Shown here: in pieces, positions 48,167 to 58,054 of the stretch
Layout: each line of letters starts with the position of its first letter
Position numbering within the stretch: the first letter of the stretch is position 1
From: a virus
Lineage: Duplodnaviria > Caudoviricetes
Reading direction: 5' to 3' (one strand)
Virus record (IMG/VR): IMGVR_UViG_3300028888_002023
Location: 1 to 64,000 of that record
Length of the DNA stretch: 64,000 nt
Program-made: the position numbers and the translations under genes
The notes under the pieces: generated by a model
The model's input: only the letters and a program-made list of their open reading frames with translations
Databases searched by the model: none
Told to the model about the DNA's origin: nothing

Positions 48167-49444
48167 ATGGTAGACACAGAGATTTTAGAGTTAGAGAGAG
48201 CAGAATATACTAAAAGAGATAAAGAATTAGACTTTATTGCAAGTCAAAATCTTTGTTCTGAAGATATATTAAATGCTTGTGGAAGTATTGCACAAATGAA
48301 ATATGCTGAAGGTTTTCCCGGAAAGCGTTATTATGCTGGTTGTGAAATCGTTGATGAAATTGAAAAACGCTGTGAAGAAGAATTATTAAAATTATTTAAT
48401 GCTCAAGCACAGTACAACGCTTGTGTTCAACCTGCTAATGGTTCCTCTGCGAATCTTATTGCATATAGAGCATTATTAGAAAAGGGAGCTTGTATATTAG
48501 CACCATCTACAAATATGGGTGGTCATATTTCGCACGGGCACCCACTTTCAACTGTAGCTCAATTTTATGATGTTGTAACCTATGGATTAACAGATGATGG
48601 TTATATAGATTATGATGAAATGGAAAGACTTGCAATTAAAGAAATGCCTTCAATGATTATTGTAGGTATGAGTAATTATAGCAGATTTATAGATTATGCA
48701 AGAGTTAGAGAAATAGCTGACAAATGTGATGCTTTAGTAATGGCTGATATTGCTCATATTTCTGGTTTAATTGCAACTGGTTATCACCCATCTCCTGTTG
48801 GTTATGCTGATATTATAACATCAACAACTCATAAAATATTAAGAGGACCTCGTTCTGCTTTTATACTATATATGAAAGAATATGATAAAGAAGTTAAAAG
48901 AGCAGTAATTCCCGGTTGCTTTGGTGGTCCAGATGAAGCTAAAATATTAGCTAAATTACTATGTTTTAAAGAAGCACAAAGTATAAATTATAATTTATAT
49001 TGTCAACAAGTATTAGCAAATGCTAAAGCTATGGTTGAAGCATTTAAAATTCATGGTATTCCTGTTTTATCTGGTGGAACTGATAATCATTCATTTTGTT
49101 TAGATTTAACTGGTTTCCCTTGTTCTGGCAGAGAATTAGCCAATGCTTTAGCCAGTGTTGGATTAATTACAAATTGCAACTCTATACCTAATGACCCTCG
49201 TAGTTTCTTTGAAACATCTGGTCTTAGAATGGGTACACCGTCTGTAACAACAAGAGGATTAGATGATAATGATTGCTTTTCAATAGCATCATCAATAGCT
49301 AATTACTTAAATGCTTTAAAAGATGGTGAAACTAGAAAAGCTGATGCTTTACTTGATTTAATTGGAATTAAGGTTAAGTATTTTACTAGAAATCACCCAT
49401 TGCAAAACATATATCCTAATAAATATGAGAAGTTATTTGAATAA
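48167..49444 (+). CDS. glyA: serine hydroxymethyltransferase
   Basis: IASQN, KYAEGFPGKRYYAGCE, GGHISHG, DIAHISGL, TTHKILRGPR (PLP Lys), GGTDNH, GLRMGTPSVTTRG. Confidence 0.95.
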   Translation: MVDTEILELERAEYTKRDKELDFIASQNLCSEDILNACGSIAQMKYAEGFPGKRYYAGCEIVDEIEKRCEEELLKLFNAQAQYNACVQPANGSSANLIAYRALLEKGACILAPSTNMGGHISHGHPLSTVAQFYDVVTYGLTDDGYIDYDEMERLAIKEMPSMIIVGMSNYSRFIDYARVREIADKCDALVMADIAHISGLIATGYHPSPVGYADIITSTTHKILRGPRSAFILYMKEYDKEVKRAVIPGCFGGPDEAKILAKLLCFKEAQSINYNLYCQQVLANAKAMVEAFKIHGIPVLSGGTDNHSFCLDLTGFPCSGRELANALASVGLITNCNSIPNDPRSFFETSGLRMGTPSVTTRGLDDNDCFSIASSIANYLNALKDGETRKADALLDLIGIKVKYFTRNHPLQNIYPNKYEKLFE

Positions 49445-49445
49445 C

Positions 49446-49455
49446 TTACATTTTA
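49446..49455 (+). promoter_or_regulatory. candidate late-promoter motif TTACATTTTA before the portal
   Basis: Context ACTTACATTTTAAAATA. Confidence 0.6.
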
Positions 49456-49473
49456 AAATACGGAGAAAATAAG

Positions 49474-51216
49474 ATGAATTTATTTGATAAAATAGGAAAC
49501 TATATAAATGAAGCTGTAGTAAATGCTTCCAATGCCTCAATTTATAAACAATTAGGTTCTTGGACTGCTGTAGATAAACCTGTATCTGGCTCTTTAGGTG
49601 TACAAGGTGGACCCATAGGTAGACCGAAGAAGGCATTAGAACAGCAGGCTTCATATAATCTTTTTCAGAGAAATGCAGACTTTGATAAAATAGATGCACT
49701 TGACAAATCACACTTAGCTTCTACTATTAAAGAAATTATTATTTCTGATGGTTTCTGTGAGTTAGGTAATAAGAATAGTATTACAGTAAAATACACAGAT
49801 GAAGAAAATCCAGAAAAAGAAAAACTTTTTAATGACTCAATTAAAACAATGTTAAAGAGAACTAATTTCTTAAATATTTTAGAAGAGTGTATTGCTAATG
49901 AAGGTTTAAGTTATAGTGAAATATTTTTATCAACTAAATTTGAATTAGGTCGTGGTTTAGTAGAGGTTAATGATGACCTTGATATTCGTAATCTTTTAGC
50001 ACTATATAAAAATACTGAATTTGTAGGAGCTTTAGAGTTTCAGATTCAAGGTAAAAATAATGCTATAGGTAAGAAGTTTATTAACCCAGAATTTATTTCT
50101 CATTTTATGCTTAACTATAAGAAAATACCTGTTAAGTTGGCTAAAACTTTTGTTAAGCAATTTAAAGTTCCAGAAAAAATTAGATGTGCTAAACCATTAC
50201 TTATAGATGTTGTTGAACTTATACTTCAATATGATATTTTAGAAAAACTCGCAACTGCTATTGAATTAAACCAAGCAACCCAACCTATATTTATGGGTAT
50301 TGGTGTTTCACCAGACCAAGACATGGGGGAAATCTCACGTAACCTCCAAGAATGGTCTAATGTGCTGAATAAAAACAAAAATAATGTAATCAATAGCTTG
50401 GAATCACTTGATATTCAGCAGTTGCTTTCTTATATGCAACAAATTGAATTAGTACCTTATTCACAAGATGAAGGTACTAATATGATGCGTCAAATTCAAG
50501 TTAATTATAAAGATACTAATTTAACTGATAAAATTAATAACATTCGTAAGATTATAGCACAGGCTGTAGGTATTCCAGAAAGTTATTTAGCAACTATGAC
50601 TTATCAAGGTGCTAAAGACACTAAAGAAGATGCTTTACATACAAACCCTCGTTATTCAAGAATGTTATTTAAAATACAACAGTTAATTGCTAAAGGTATT
50701 AGAGATGTAATCTATAAACATTTGAAGTTTAAATTCTCTAATGACCAAGGTATTTCAACTCGTGTTATAGATAAAGAATGTATAGAAGTCTTATTTGATT
50801 CTGCCACTAACCTTAATAGCAGGCTTGAAAATGAAAACTTAATATTAAATGCTCAAGCTATGTCTGACTTATTAGGTATGATTGATGGTGTTGCTACTTC
50901 TCAGAATATTCATGTTAAAATTAAAACTGAAAACTTCTTAGATTTATGGAAGAAAGAGTTTGCTAAAGTTCCTCAAGTTCGTGATGTCTTTGAAAAAATG
51001 ACTGAAGAAGAAATACAGCAACAACAGGAAATGATGTATGGTAATGTTGGTGGTGATTATGAAGATATAGAGGATAACCCACCTCCGGGAGCAAATGTAC
51101 CCCTCCCAGATGTTCAAGGAAATCCTTTAAAACGTGATAGGGAAACGGAAGATGCTAATGTTGAAGAAATCGGTAACGGTTCTCAAACAAGTAGAATCTC
51201 TAACATATTACGTTAG
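49474..51216 (+). CDS. portal protein (T4 gp20-like)
   Basis: 580 aa, between TerL/glyA and the protease; RKIIAQAVGIPESYL ~ gp20 KKLYxALxVPxSRL; acidic tail. Confidence 0.7.
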   Translation: MNLFDKIGNYINEAVVNASNASIYKQLGSWTAVDKPVSGSLGVQGGPIGRPKKALEQQASYNLFQRNADFDKIDALDKSHLASTIKEIIISDGFCELGNKNSITVKYTDEENPEKEKLFNDSIKTMLKRTNFLNILEECIANEGLSYSEIFLSTKFELGRGLVEVNDDLDIRNLLALYKNTEFVGALEFQIQGKNNAIGKKFINPEFISHFMLNYKKIPVKLAKTFVKQFKVPEKIRCAKPLLIDVVELILQYDILEKLATAIELNQATQPIFMGIGVSPDQDMGEISRNLQEWSNVLNKNKNNVINSLESLDIQQLLSYMQQIELVPYSQDEGTNMMRQIQVNYKDTNLTDKINNIRKIIAQAVGIPESYLATMTYQGAKDTKEDALHTNPRYSRMLFKIQQLIAKGIRDVIYKHLKFKFSNDQGISTRVIDKECIEVLFDSATNLNSRLENENLILNAQAMSDLLGMIDGVATSQNIHVKIKTENFLDLWKKEFAKVPQVRDVFEKMTEEEIQQQQEMMYGNVGGDYEDIEDNPPPGANVPLPDVQGNPLKRDRETEDANVEEIGNGSQTSRISNILR

Positions 51217-51218
51217 AA

Positions 51219-51228
51219 TTACATTTTA
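51219..51228 (+). promoter_or_regulatory. candidate late-promoter motif TTACATTTTA before 51248/protease
   Basis: Member of the recurring set. Confidence 0.55.
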
Positions 51229-51247
51229 GGGAAAAAGGTAAAAAATT

Positions 51248-51541
51248 ATGGAACAAGTTAACAAAATCAGAAGTTTATTACTGGAATGTGGCTTACTTAG
51301 TGAGGCACAAGAAGTTGTTACACCTTTTACTGCTGACAAGACAGAAGAAGAACTCTTTAAGAAAGAAGATGATAAATCTTATAAAGAGGACAGAACTGAC
51401 CTTGAAGGAATATTAAATAGCACTGGAAGGAAAAAGAGAGATTATGTACGTAACATAATCAAGACAATTAACCAGATGATAGATGGTAAGAAAGACGTTA
51501 CTAACCTTATTACTGTTGTTAAGAAAGGTAAAAAGAGATAA
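51248..51541 (+). CDS. small head-module protein (position of T4 gp67/gp68 core proteins)
   Basis: 97 aa, charged, between portal and protease; TTACATTTTA upstream. Confidence 0.45.
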   Translation: MEQVNKIRSLLLECGLLSEAQEVVTPFTADKTEEELFKKEDDKSYKEDRTDLEGILNSTGRKKRDYVRNIIKTINQMIDGKKDVTNLITVVKKGKKR

Positions 51542-53190
51542 TGTCAGAATTAGAAGTAATAAGAAACGAAATAAAAGACATGAAACCTCATATTGAGGTA
51601 AAGAATGTTAAAAGACAGGTATTGAAAGATGCCGTTCCAGACGTAGCAGACGCTAAGAATGCTAAGAAAATTAAAGCTGCAGCTGGTGCAAGACCACTTG
51701 CACACACAGATGTAGCTAACATGAAGAGGGAAATTTCGATGGACATGCAAAGTTATAATAATTGGTCTACAGATTTTGATTTTATAGAAGAAGCATGTGG
51801 TTCAGGTGAACCTACATTTGAATTCTATGATGAACCACAAGTAGTTAGTGAAAGTAAAGAAGCAGGCAAAGTTAATTATCCTGTAATTGGTAGAGCTTCT
51901 GGTGTATTTGCTCCTATTGGTGTTATGTCAAGAAATAATAGAATCTATGAAGATGACCACTATCCTTATTTATTAGAAAATCAACAATTAATGGATAGAA
52001 TTTTGCACAGAGGTATGTTAGGTACTATCGGACATCATAATAAAAAGGTTGATGATGAAGATTTGGCTGCTGGAAGAGTATCTCACGTTGTAACAGATTT
52101 ACACGTCAAAGAAGAACCAGATGGTTCAAGAAATCTTTATGGTACATTAGAAATTCTTGATACCCCTGCTGGTCATTTATTAAAGACTTATTATGATTCT
52201 GGATTACCTTTATTTGTTTCATCAAGAGGTGGTGGTCGTTTAATACAAAATCCTCATGAAACATTTAAGAGAGTTGACAAGACAAAATATTTCTTGGAAA
52301 CATTTGATATTGTTAAAAATCCGGGATTTTTACAAGCTAAACCTGTATATGAAAAAGTTTCTGAGTCAGAAGAAGTTTATGCTGTTATAGACCAACAACC
52401 TACAGCAGAAGAAATTGTTGAAAGTATTGCTTCAGAACCAGATAAACTTGACAAGTTAACAGAAGCATTAACTAAGTTTGTTGAAACAATTACGGAAGCT
52501 AAAAATGAAAAGATTAAAGAAGAAGTCCCAGATGTTGAACCTGAAGGAGAGAAGGCTTCAGAGGAAACATCAAAGGATTCTGAAAAGAAAGAAGAAAAGA
52601 AGCCAGAAGAAGATGTTACTAGACCAATTAAAATTAAAGATAAACCCGAAGACCATGTTACAGATGATGATGAAGCTAATGATGAAGAAGAATCTGCTGT
52701 TGCAGCCAGCGTCACAGAAGCAGAGCTTGTTGGTAAACGTGGTAAAAAGGCTTTTGATAAACTTAACCAAGCGATAGAAGCAGATAAAGAAAGTGGTCAG
52801 GGTAATATTTTAGCAGACACTTCAGATGATTTCAAAGCTAATTTAGTTAATGATTTTCGTAAATTTAGAAATGATATACAAGCTGAAAGAAGTAATCTAA
52901 CTAAAACATACAATAAAAAACATGCTAACGATACTAAACCAATTGAACCTGTAGCTAAACAAATATCTTTATTTGATAAGGAATCTTTAAAAGATGCATA
53001 TCATGAAGCTCAAGAAAGAAAAGAACCTATTTCGTTTGCTGATTTAGCATGGAATGAAGTTAAAGATAGATTAAAAAATAGTTATAAAGAAGCTAAAGAT
53101 GGTGAGAGAAAAGAACCTTATTCATTCTCTGATTTAGCATGGCAAGATGTTAAGGATAGACTTAAAAAAGATTATAAAGAAAATAAATAA
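51541..53190 (+). CDS. prohead protease (T4 gp21-like) with long N- and C-terminal extensions
   Basis: SRNNRIY, GTIGHH, VSHVVT, GTLEILDTPAG, VSSRGGG, TFDIVKNPGF. Confidence 0.9.
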   Translation: MSELEVIRNEIKDMKPHIEVKNVKRQVLKDAVPDVADAKNAKKIKAAAGARPLAHTDVANMKREISMDMQSYNNWSTDFDFIEEACGSGEPTFEFYDEPQVVSESKEAGKVNYPVIGRASGVFAPIGVMSRNNRIYEDDHYPYLLENQQLMDRILHRGMLGTIGHHNKKVDDEDLAAGRVSHVVTDLHVKEEPDGSRNLYGTLEILDTPAGHLLKTYYDSGLPLFVSSRGGGRLIQNPHETFKRVDKTKYFLETFDIVKNPGFLQAKPVYEKVSESEEVYAVIDQQPTAEEIVESIASEPDKLDKLTEALTKFVETITEAKNEKIKEEVPDVEPEGEKASEETSKDSEKKEEKKPEEDVTRPIKIKDKPEDHVTDDDEANDEEESAVAASVTEAELVGKRGKKAFDKLNQAIEADKESGQGNILADTSDDFKANLVNDFRKFRNDIQAERSNLTKTYNKKHANDTKPIEPVAKQISLFDKESLKDAYHEAQERKEPISFADLAWNEVKDRLKNSYKEAKDGERKEPYSFSDLAWQDVKDRLKKDYKENK

Positions 53191-53198
53191 GGTAAGAG

Positions 53199-56100
53199 AT
53201 GAATAGAGAAGAATATATAATCTGGGAAGCTGGAATTAAAACTATATTCAAACCTGTTGGTCAAAACCAACCTGAAGAAACTCCAGTTCAAAAGGAAAAT
53301 CAAGCAAAAGCAGGTCTAAGGGAAAGAATCCAAGGACTTGCTTCTAGTGCTAAAAGAGCTGTAGATACTGCTGTAGAAAAAGGTGTTGAAAAAGTTAGGA
53401 GTGTTGCTGATAAATTTCAACATAATGGCACTACACCTAATGGTGAAACTGCTAAAGCTAACCTTCAAGCAAATAAAGTTGAACATAAACAACCTACTAA
53501 TAAATCTTCTCTGGCTCAAAATTTTCAAAGAGGTATGAGTAATATTAAAAATTTAAAAAATAAAATAACTCAACCTCAACCTAAACAAATGGCATTAGAC
53601 TTTAAAGGGGCTAATAAAGCAGCTAAAGCTGAAGAAAAGGCTAAAGTTGATGCTGTTAAAGCACAGGAAAAAGCTAAGGAACAAGAAGTTAAAAATGCTA
53701 ATTTAGACCAGAGTGGTCAAGCACGTTTAAATTTGAATAAAACACTTAGCCCAGCCGATAAAGTAAAGAATAATTTACAGACTGCAAAGAATAATATTAA
53801 TCAAGGTGCAAATGATTTAAAACAAAAACTTAAAGCTGGTTATAACAATTTTAAAGAAATTGCTTCAAAGACTGCAAGTAATGTTAAAGATAATGTTAAT
53901 TCTGTAGTACAAAAGGTTAAGGATAATCTTGATAAAAGTCCTAAACAGATGAAATTAGACTTTAACAAGAAACCATCTGAAACAGCAGAACAGTTAAAAT
54001 TAAATATACCTCCAGCAGAAAAAGAAAAATCTACATCTTTATCAACTGTTAAAAATACTAATGGAACATTTAAGAAGGATGGCTTTACTTATGGAACTGC
54101 TACAAAGTATAATAAAGGTGAAGCTCCAATAGATGCTAAAGATGATAATGCTATAGATATGGAAAAAACTGCTGATGGTAGTTATGCACCTAAATTAAAA
54201 CAGACTTATCGTCAAACTCATTCTAAAGTTCAAAATAATGTAGTCCCAATTGATAAAAATAGCACACAAGGTACGTTTAATAAAGATGGGCAAACTTATA
54301 CTACTAATGGTATTCCTAAAGAGAAAGGTACTGCTTTATCTGTAATTCCTAATAGACCGGGTGGTGGCACATTTAGTAAAGATGGAAAAATTTATACTAC
54401 TTCTACAGGTCAGGAAGTAAAAACTAATTTACAGAATAAGGCTAATGCTAATAAATCAACTGAAGATAAAGCAAATGCAACTGCTAATTCTAATGCTACT
54501 TTTAAGACAGATAAAAACTTTAAGAGTAAGCATGCTTTTGATGTGTGGAGAAATCTTCAGAAGAATAAAAGTCAAGCTATTACAGATGAACCACAATCTG
54601 ATACAAAAGATACTACAAATTATAAGACCACTGCACATGCTTCATCAAATGCTACAAATGAACCAGATGTAACTAATGAACCTAAGAAAGAAACTACTTT
54701 AGGTCAAAAAGTTAAAGATGGTTTAAGTAAAGCATATGATGGAGTAATTCGTGCTCAAGTTAAAGCAAAGAATTTTAAAGATGATTTAATTTCTGATTAT
54801 AAATCACGCAGAGGAAGAATTGAAAATGAAGAAACATTAAAACGTCTTCAAAAGATGGTTGCTAATAATGCTTCTAATAGTAAGATTCTTGATGAAATCA
54901 ATAAAATTAAAAGTCAATTAAATAATACTTCTTCTAATAATGGTGATGATGTTAGAAGTAGAATTGAAAAAGCGAGAGAACAAGTAAGACAGGCACACGC
55001 TTCTCAAAAAAGTACTGGCACAACATCAACTGATTCTCAAGGGGCAACTCAAGTCACAGGAACAAGAGGTACCCCATCAAATGCCAATGCTCAAACAAAT
55101 ACAAGCAAAGTTAATACAAAGACTACAAATACAGCTACTAATAATCAAAATCAAGCTAATGCTGGAACAGCTAACGCTGGAGATGCAACTGCAAAAGGAA
55201 CAGAACCTAAAGCAGAAGGACAAACTACAACAACGGTTGGAAACAGTGAACAACCTGTTACAAATACCAATAATACACAACCTGTAAACAATGAGCCACA
55301 GGTTAAAACTGAACAACCAGTTGAGCAACAACCAGAAGTTTCTACTGAACCAGTTCAACCAGAACAAACTGCTGAACAACCAGAACAGCCAACTGAAGTT
55401 GAACAGCCTACTGTAAACAATCAAACTGAAACAGGAAAGATGGTTGTTCAAGGTTTAACAAGACCACGAGCAATATCTGGTCAAGAAAATTTTGCAAACA
55501 GCTTACGTACTCAAGAAATAGATAAAGCTGCTTCAATGGTTAAATCTTTATCATTTAAGCCAGACAGTAAAGGTAAAATTAACTTAACTGTTAACGGTGC
55601 TAATGTAACTATGAATCCTAAGCATGCTGAACCTGTTTCTCGTTTATTAGGTAAGGCTGTACATGACGCTAAAAATGGAACTATCAGTCAAAGTAGAAAT
55701 TCTATAAAAAATGAATTAGCTAAATATTTCCCTACTTTACCAAAGACAGCTATTGCTAATATGGTATCTAATGCAATTAAAAATAACGGTAGAATAGGTG
55801 AAATTAAGTATAAAGTTATCCCTACAGATGAAAATGGCGTTCAACATTTAGAAGGTGGACCTGCAAACGGTAGTGTTGATAAATGGTCTCAGTTCTTAAG
55901 AACTAAATATAAAGGTGCTAAACAAGTTACGCCTTACGCTAATACTGATGTTAATGCTTTTGTTAAAACAATGTCAAATCCTAATTTTGATGTTAATAAT
56001 TTAGATGAAAAAGCTAAAGCTATATATGATGACCTTAAAGAATGTGGTTTAATTTCTGTTGGACCAGATGGTAAATCAGTACCATTATTTCAGAAAATAG

Positions 56101-57971
56101 ATAATAATGGAAAAATTGTTTATAATCCTGTAGAACAAACAGGACCTAAAGCTATTGTAAATGGTAAGACTGTTGATATGCCAGCTCAGAAAAATGTTGG
56201 AGAGCCTACTAATACTGTTGAGCCACCTGTGGAAACTCCAGTTCAACCAGAACAACCAACTGAAGCTCCAGTTGAAAATCCTCCTCAACCTGAACAACCT
56301 GTTAATCAAGTACCTGTTGAGCCTCAACCAACTGAACAACAACCAACTAATAACGTAATTACTAATGCTATAAATACAGCAGTTACTAATGCAGTTAATC
56401 AAGTATTAGGAATTAATCAACAAAATCAAAATGTACAACAACCAGTTGAGCAACAACCAGAAGTTTCTACTGAACCAGTTCAACCAGAACAACCAGTAGA
56501 TAATACTGCTAAAACTCCAACATCAACTGAAATTGAAACTCCAGAAGTAGTAGACAATGGAGAACCAACACCATCTATTGATAGTGTTGCTAATACTAAT
56601 GTTGAAACTCCTAACAGAATACCAACTCAACCTTTAGTAGAACCAACATTTGACTTTAATAATCCAGATGGTACACGTAATAGTATTAATCAATATGTGA
56701 CAGATTTGAATAACCAAGCTCAACAAGAATATCAAACTAAAGTAGAAGAATTAAATAAATTTATAGCTTCTATGAAGGGTATTCCAACTGCTGAATGGAC
56801 TTATAAAGATGAAATGAACAAGGCAAAATTAGCATATGATGGTAAGTTAGCTCAAAATAGAGAAACTGCTAATAATATGCTTAAGTCTTTTGATAAACAA
56901 CTCTTAGACCACCAGCAAAACATAGAAGCATCTAATGCTAGAAATGATATAAATAATGCACTTGGTGGGGATAGTTCAACATTAGTAGAACCTGCACAAA
57001 AACCTGCTTCTGTAGAACCTAATAAAAAGCCAAGTGAAATGACTGAAGAGGAAATTAAACAATTTAATTTAGAAAATGCTAGAAATCGTTATAATCCTTT
57101 AGAAAGATTAAGTAACGCAAGAAAAGAAGCATTTGAAAATCATTTCTGGTCTGTTTCAGACAAGGCTAATAAGGCTGTTAATACAAATGATATAAAAACA
57201 GCTACTAAACTATTAGGTAAAGCAACTACTGATGACCCTAGCTTTATTCAATATATGAATTGGAAAGCTCAAGTAATTAATAAAATGAAAGAAGATGGGG
57301 TAGTTGATAAAACTAAAAAAGGTTTGGCTAATCTGAAAGAACAGGACATAGCACAATATCTTAAAACATTACCTAATGGTCAAAGAGCATTAGATTATTA
57401 TGAAGATATTCGTACTAATAAGATGGTCCAATGGTATAAAAATGCATGGAATGAAAAAATTTATAATCAAGAAAATGCTAATATTCCTAATAAATTACCA
57501 GAGGATGATTATCATGCTTACTTAAGAGATTTAGGTTTAGAAGAAACTACAGATGAAAAAACAGGAGAAACTACAATAGATAAAGTTCCTTCTAAATATC
57601 CCGGTGGAGTTCAGAGAAGACCTTTTACAAAGACTTTTAAATCTTTAGCTTTTGATGGTGAATATAATGATATTAAAGCAGAAAATTTATCTCCAGAAAT
57701 TAAAAATGCTTTAAAACAATATTCTGATTATACAGAAATGATAAAAAATGGTGTTAAGGAAGACGGAAGTAAAGCAACTAATTTAGATATAAAAGCCATG
57801 AACGCTAAAATGGAAAGATTAATGTATGATATTGCTAATAATGATGATTACGCTAGGGAATTAGGATTTACACCAACAAAGAGAGTTACAACATATAATA
57901 CTGGAAAGAGTGAAACTAACTCTAAAGGCATAAATTTAACAGGTCGTATAGGTAAAAATAAGACCAAATAA
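53199..57971 (+). CDS. 1,590-aa low-complexity (N/Q/T/P/K/E) protein, candidate internal head/ejection protein
   Basis: Sits between protease and scaffold; N-terminus MNREEYIIWE|A; internal QPVEQQPEVSTEPVQPEQ repeats. Confidence 0.55.
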   Translation: MNREEYIIWEAGIKTIFKPVGQNQPEETPVQKENQAKAGLRERIQGLASSAKRAVDTAVEKGVEKVRSVADKFQHNGTTPNGETAKANLQANKVEHKQPTNKSSLAQNFQRGMSNIKNLKNKITQPQPKQMALDFKGANKAAKAEEKAKVDAVKAQEKAKEQEVKNANLDQSGQARLNLNKTLSPADKVKNNLQTAKNNINQGANDLKQKLKAGYNNFKEIASKTASNVKDNVNSVVQKVKDNLDKSPKQMKLDFNKKPSETAEQLKLNIPPAEKEKSTSLSTVKNTNGTFKKDGFTYGTATKYNKGEAPIDAKDDNAIDMEKTADGSYAPKLKQTYRQTHSKVQNNVVPIDKNSTQGTFNKDGQTYTTNGIPKEKGTALSVIPNRPGGGTFSKDGKIYTTSTGQEVKTNLQNKANANKSTEDKANATANSNATFKTDKNFKSKHAFDVWRNLQKNKSQAITDEPQSDTKDTTNYKTTAHASSNATNEPDVTNEPKKETTLGQKVKDGLSKAYDGVIRAQVKAKNFKDDLISDYKSRRGRIENEETLKRLQKMVANNASNSKILDEINKIKSQLNNTSSNNGDDVRSRIEKAREQVRQAHASQKSTGTTSTDSQGATQVTGTRGTPSNANAQTNTSKVNTKTTNTATNNQNQANAGTANAGDATAKGTEPKAEGQTTTTVGNSEQPVTNTNNTQPVNNEPQVKTEQPVEQQPEVSTEPVQPEQTAEQPEQPTEVEQPTVNNQTETGKMVVQGLTRPRAISGQENFANSLRTQEIDKAASMVKSLSFKPDSKGKINLTVNGANVTMNPKHAEPVSRLLGKAVHDAKNGTISQSRNSIKNELAKYFPTLPKTAIANMVSNAIKNNGRIGEIKYKVIPTDENGVQHLEGGPANGSVDKWSQFLRTKYKGAKQVTPYANTDVNAFVKTMSNPNFDVNNLDEKAKAIYDDLKECGLISVGPDGKSVPLFQKIDNNGKIVYNPVEQTGPKAIVNGKTVDMPAQKNVGEPTNTVEPPVETPVQPEQPTEAPVENPPQPEQPVNQVPVEPQPTEQQPTNNVITNAINTAVTNAVNQVLGINQQNQNVQQPVEQQPEVSTEPVQPEQPVDNTAKTPTSTEIETPEVVDNGEPTPSIDSVANTNVETPNRIPTQPLVEPTFDFNNPDGTRNSINQYVTDLNNQAQQEYQTKVEELNKFIASMKGIPTAEWTYKDEMNKAKLAYDGKLAQNRETANNMLKSFDKQLLDHQQNIEASNARNDINNALGGDSSTLVEPAQKPASVEPNKKPSEMTEEEIKQFNLENARNRYNPLERLSNARKEAFENHFWSVSDKANKAVNTNDIKTATKLLGKATTDDPSFIQYMNWKAQVINKMKEDGVVDKTKKGLANLKEQDIAQYLKTLPNGQRALDYYEDIRTNKMVQWYKNAWNEKIYNQENANIPNKLPEDDYHAYLRDLGLEETTDEKTGETTIDKVPSKYPGGVQRRPFTKTFKSLAFDGEYNDIKAENLSPEIKNALKQYSDYTEMIKNGVKEDGSKATNLDIKAMNAKMERLMYDIANNDDYARELGFTPTKRVTTYNTGKSETNSKGINLTGRIGKNKTK
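55312..55367. repeat. 56-bp exact repeat (second copy 56437..56492) within the 1,590-aa gene
   Basis: Direct comparison; encodes QPVEQQPEVSTEPVQPEQ. Confidence 0.85.
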
Positions 57972-57978
57972 AAAGTTA

Positions 57979-58011
57979 TTATATTTTATGACAGTTAATT
58001 ATTACATTTTA
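57979..58011 (+). promoter_or_regulatory. two tandem candidate late-promoter motifs before the scaffold
   Basis: TTATATTTTA at 57979 and TTACATTTTA at 58002. Confidence 0.6.
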
Positions 58012-58054
58012 GATGGTAAGTAGTAGATAATACATAAATATAGGAATAATAGAA

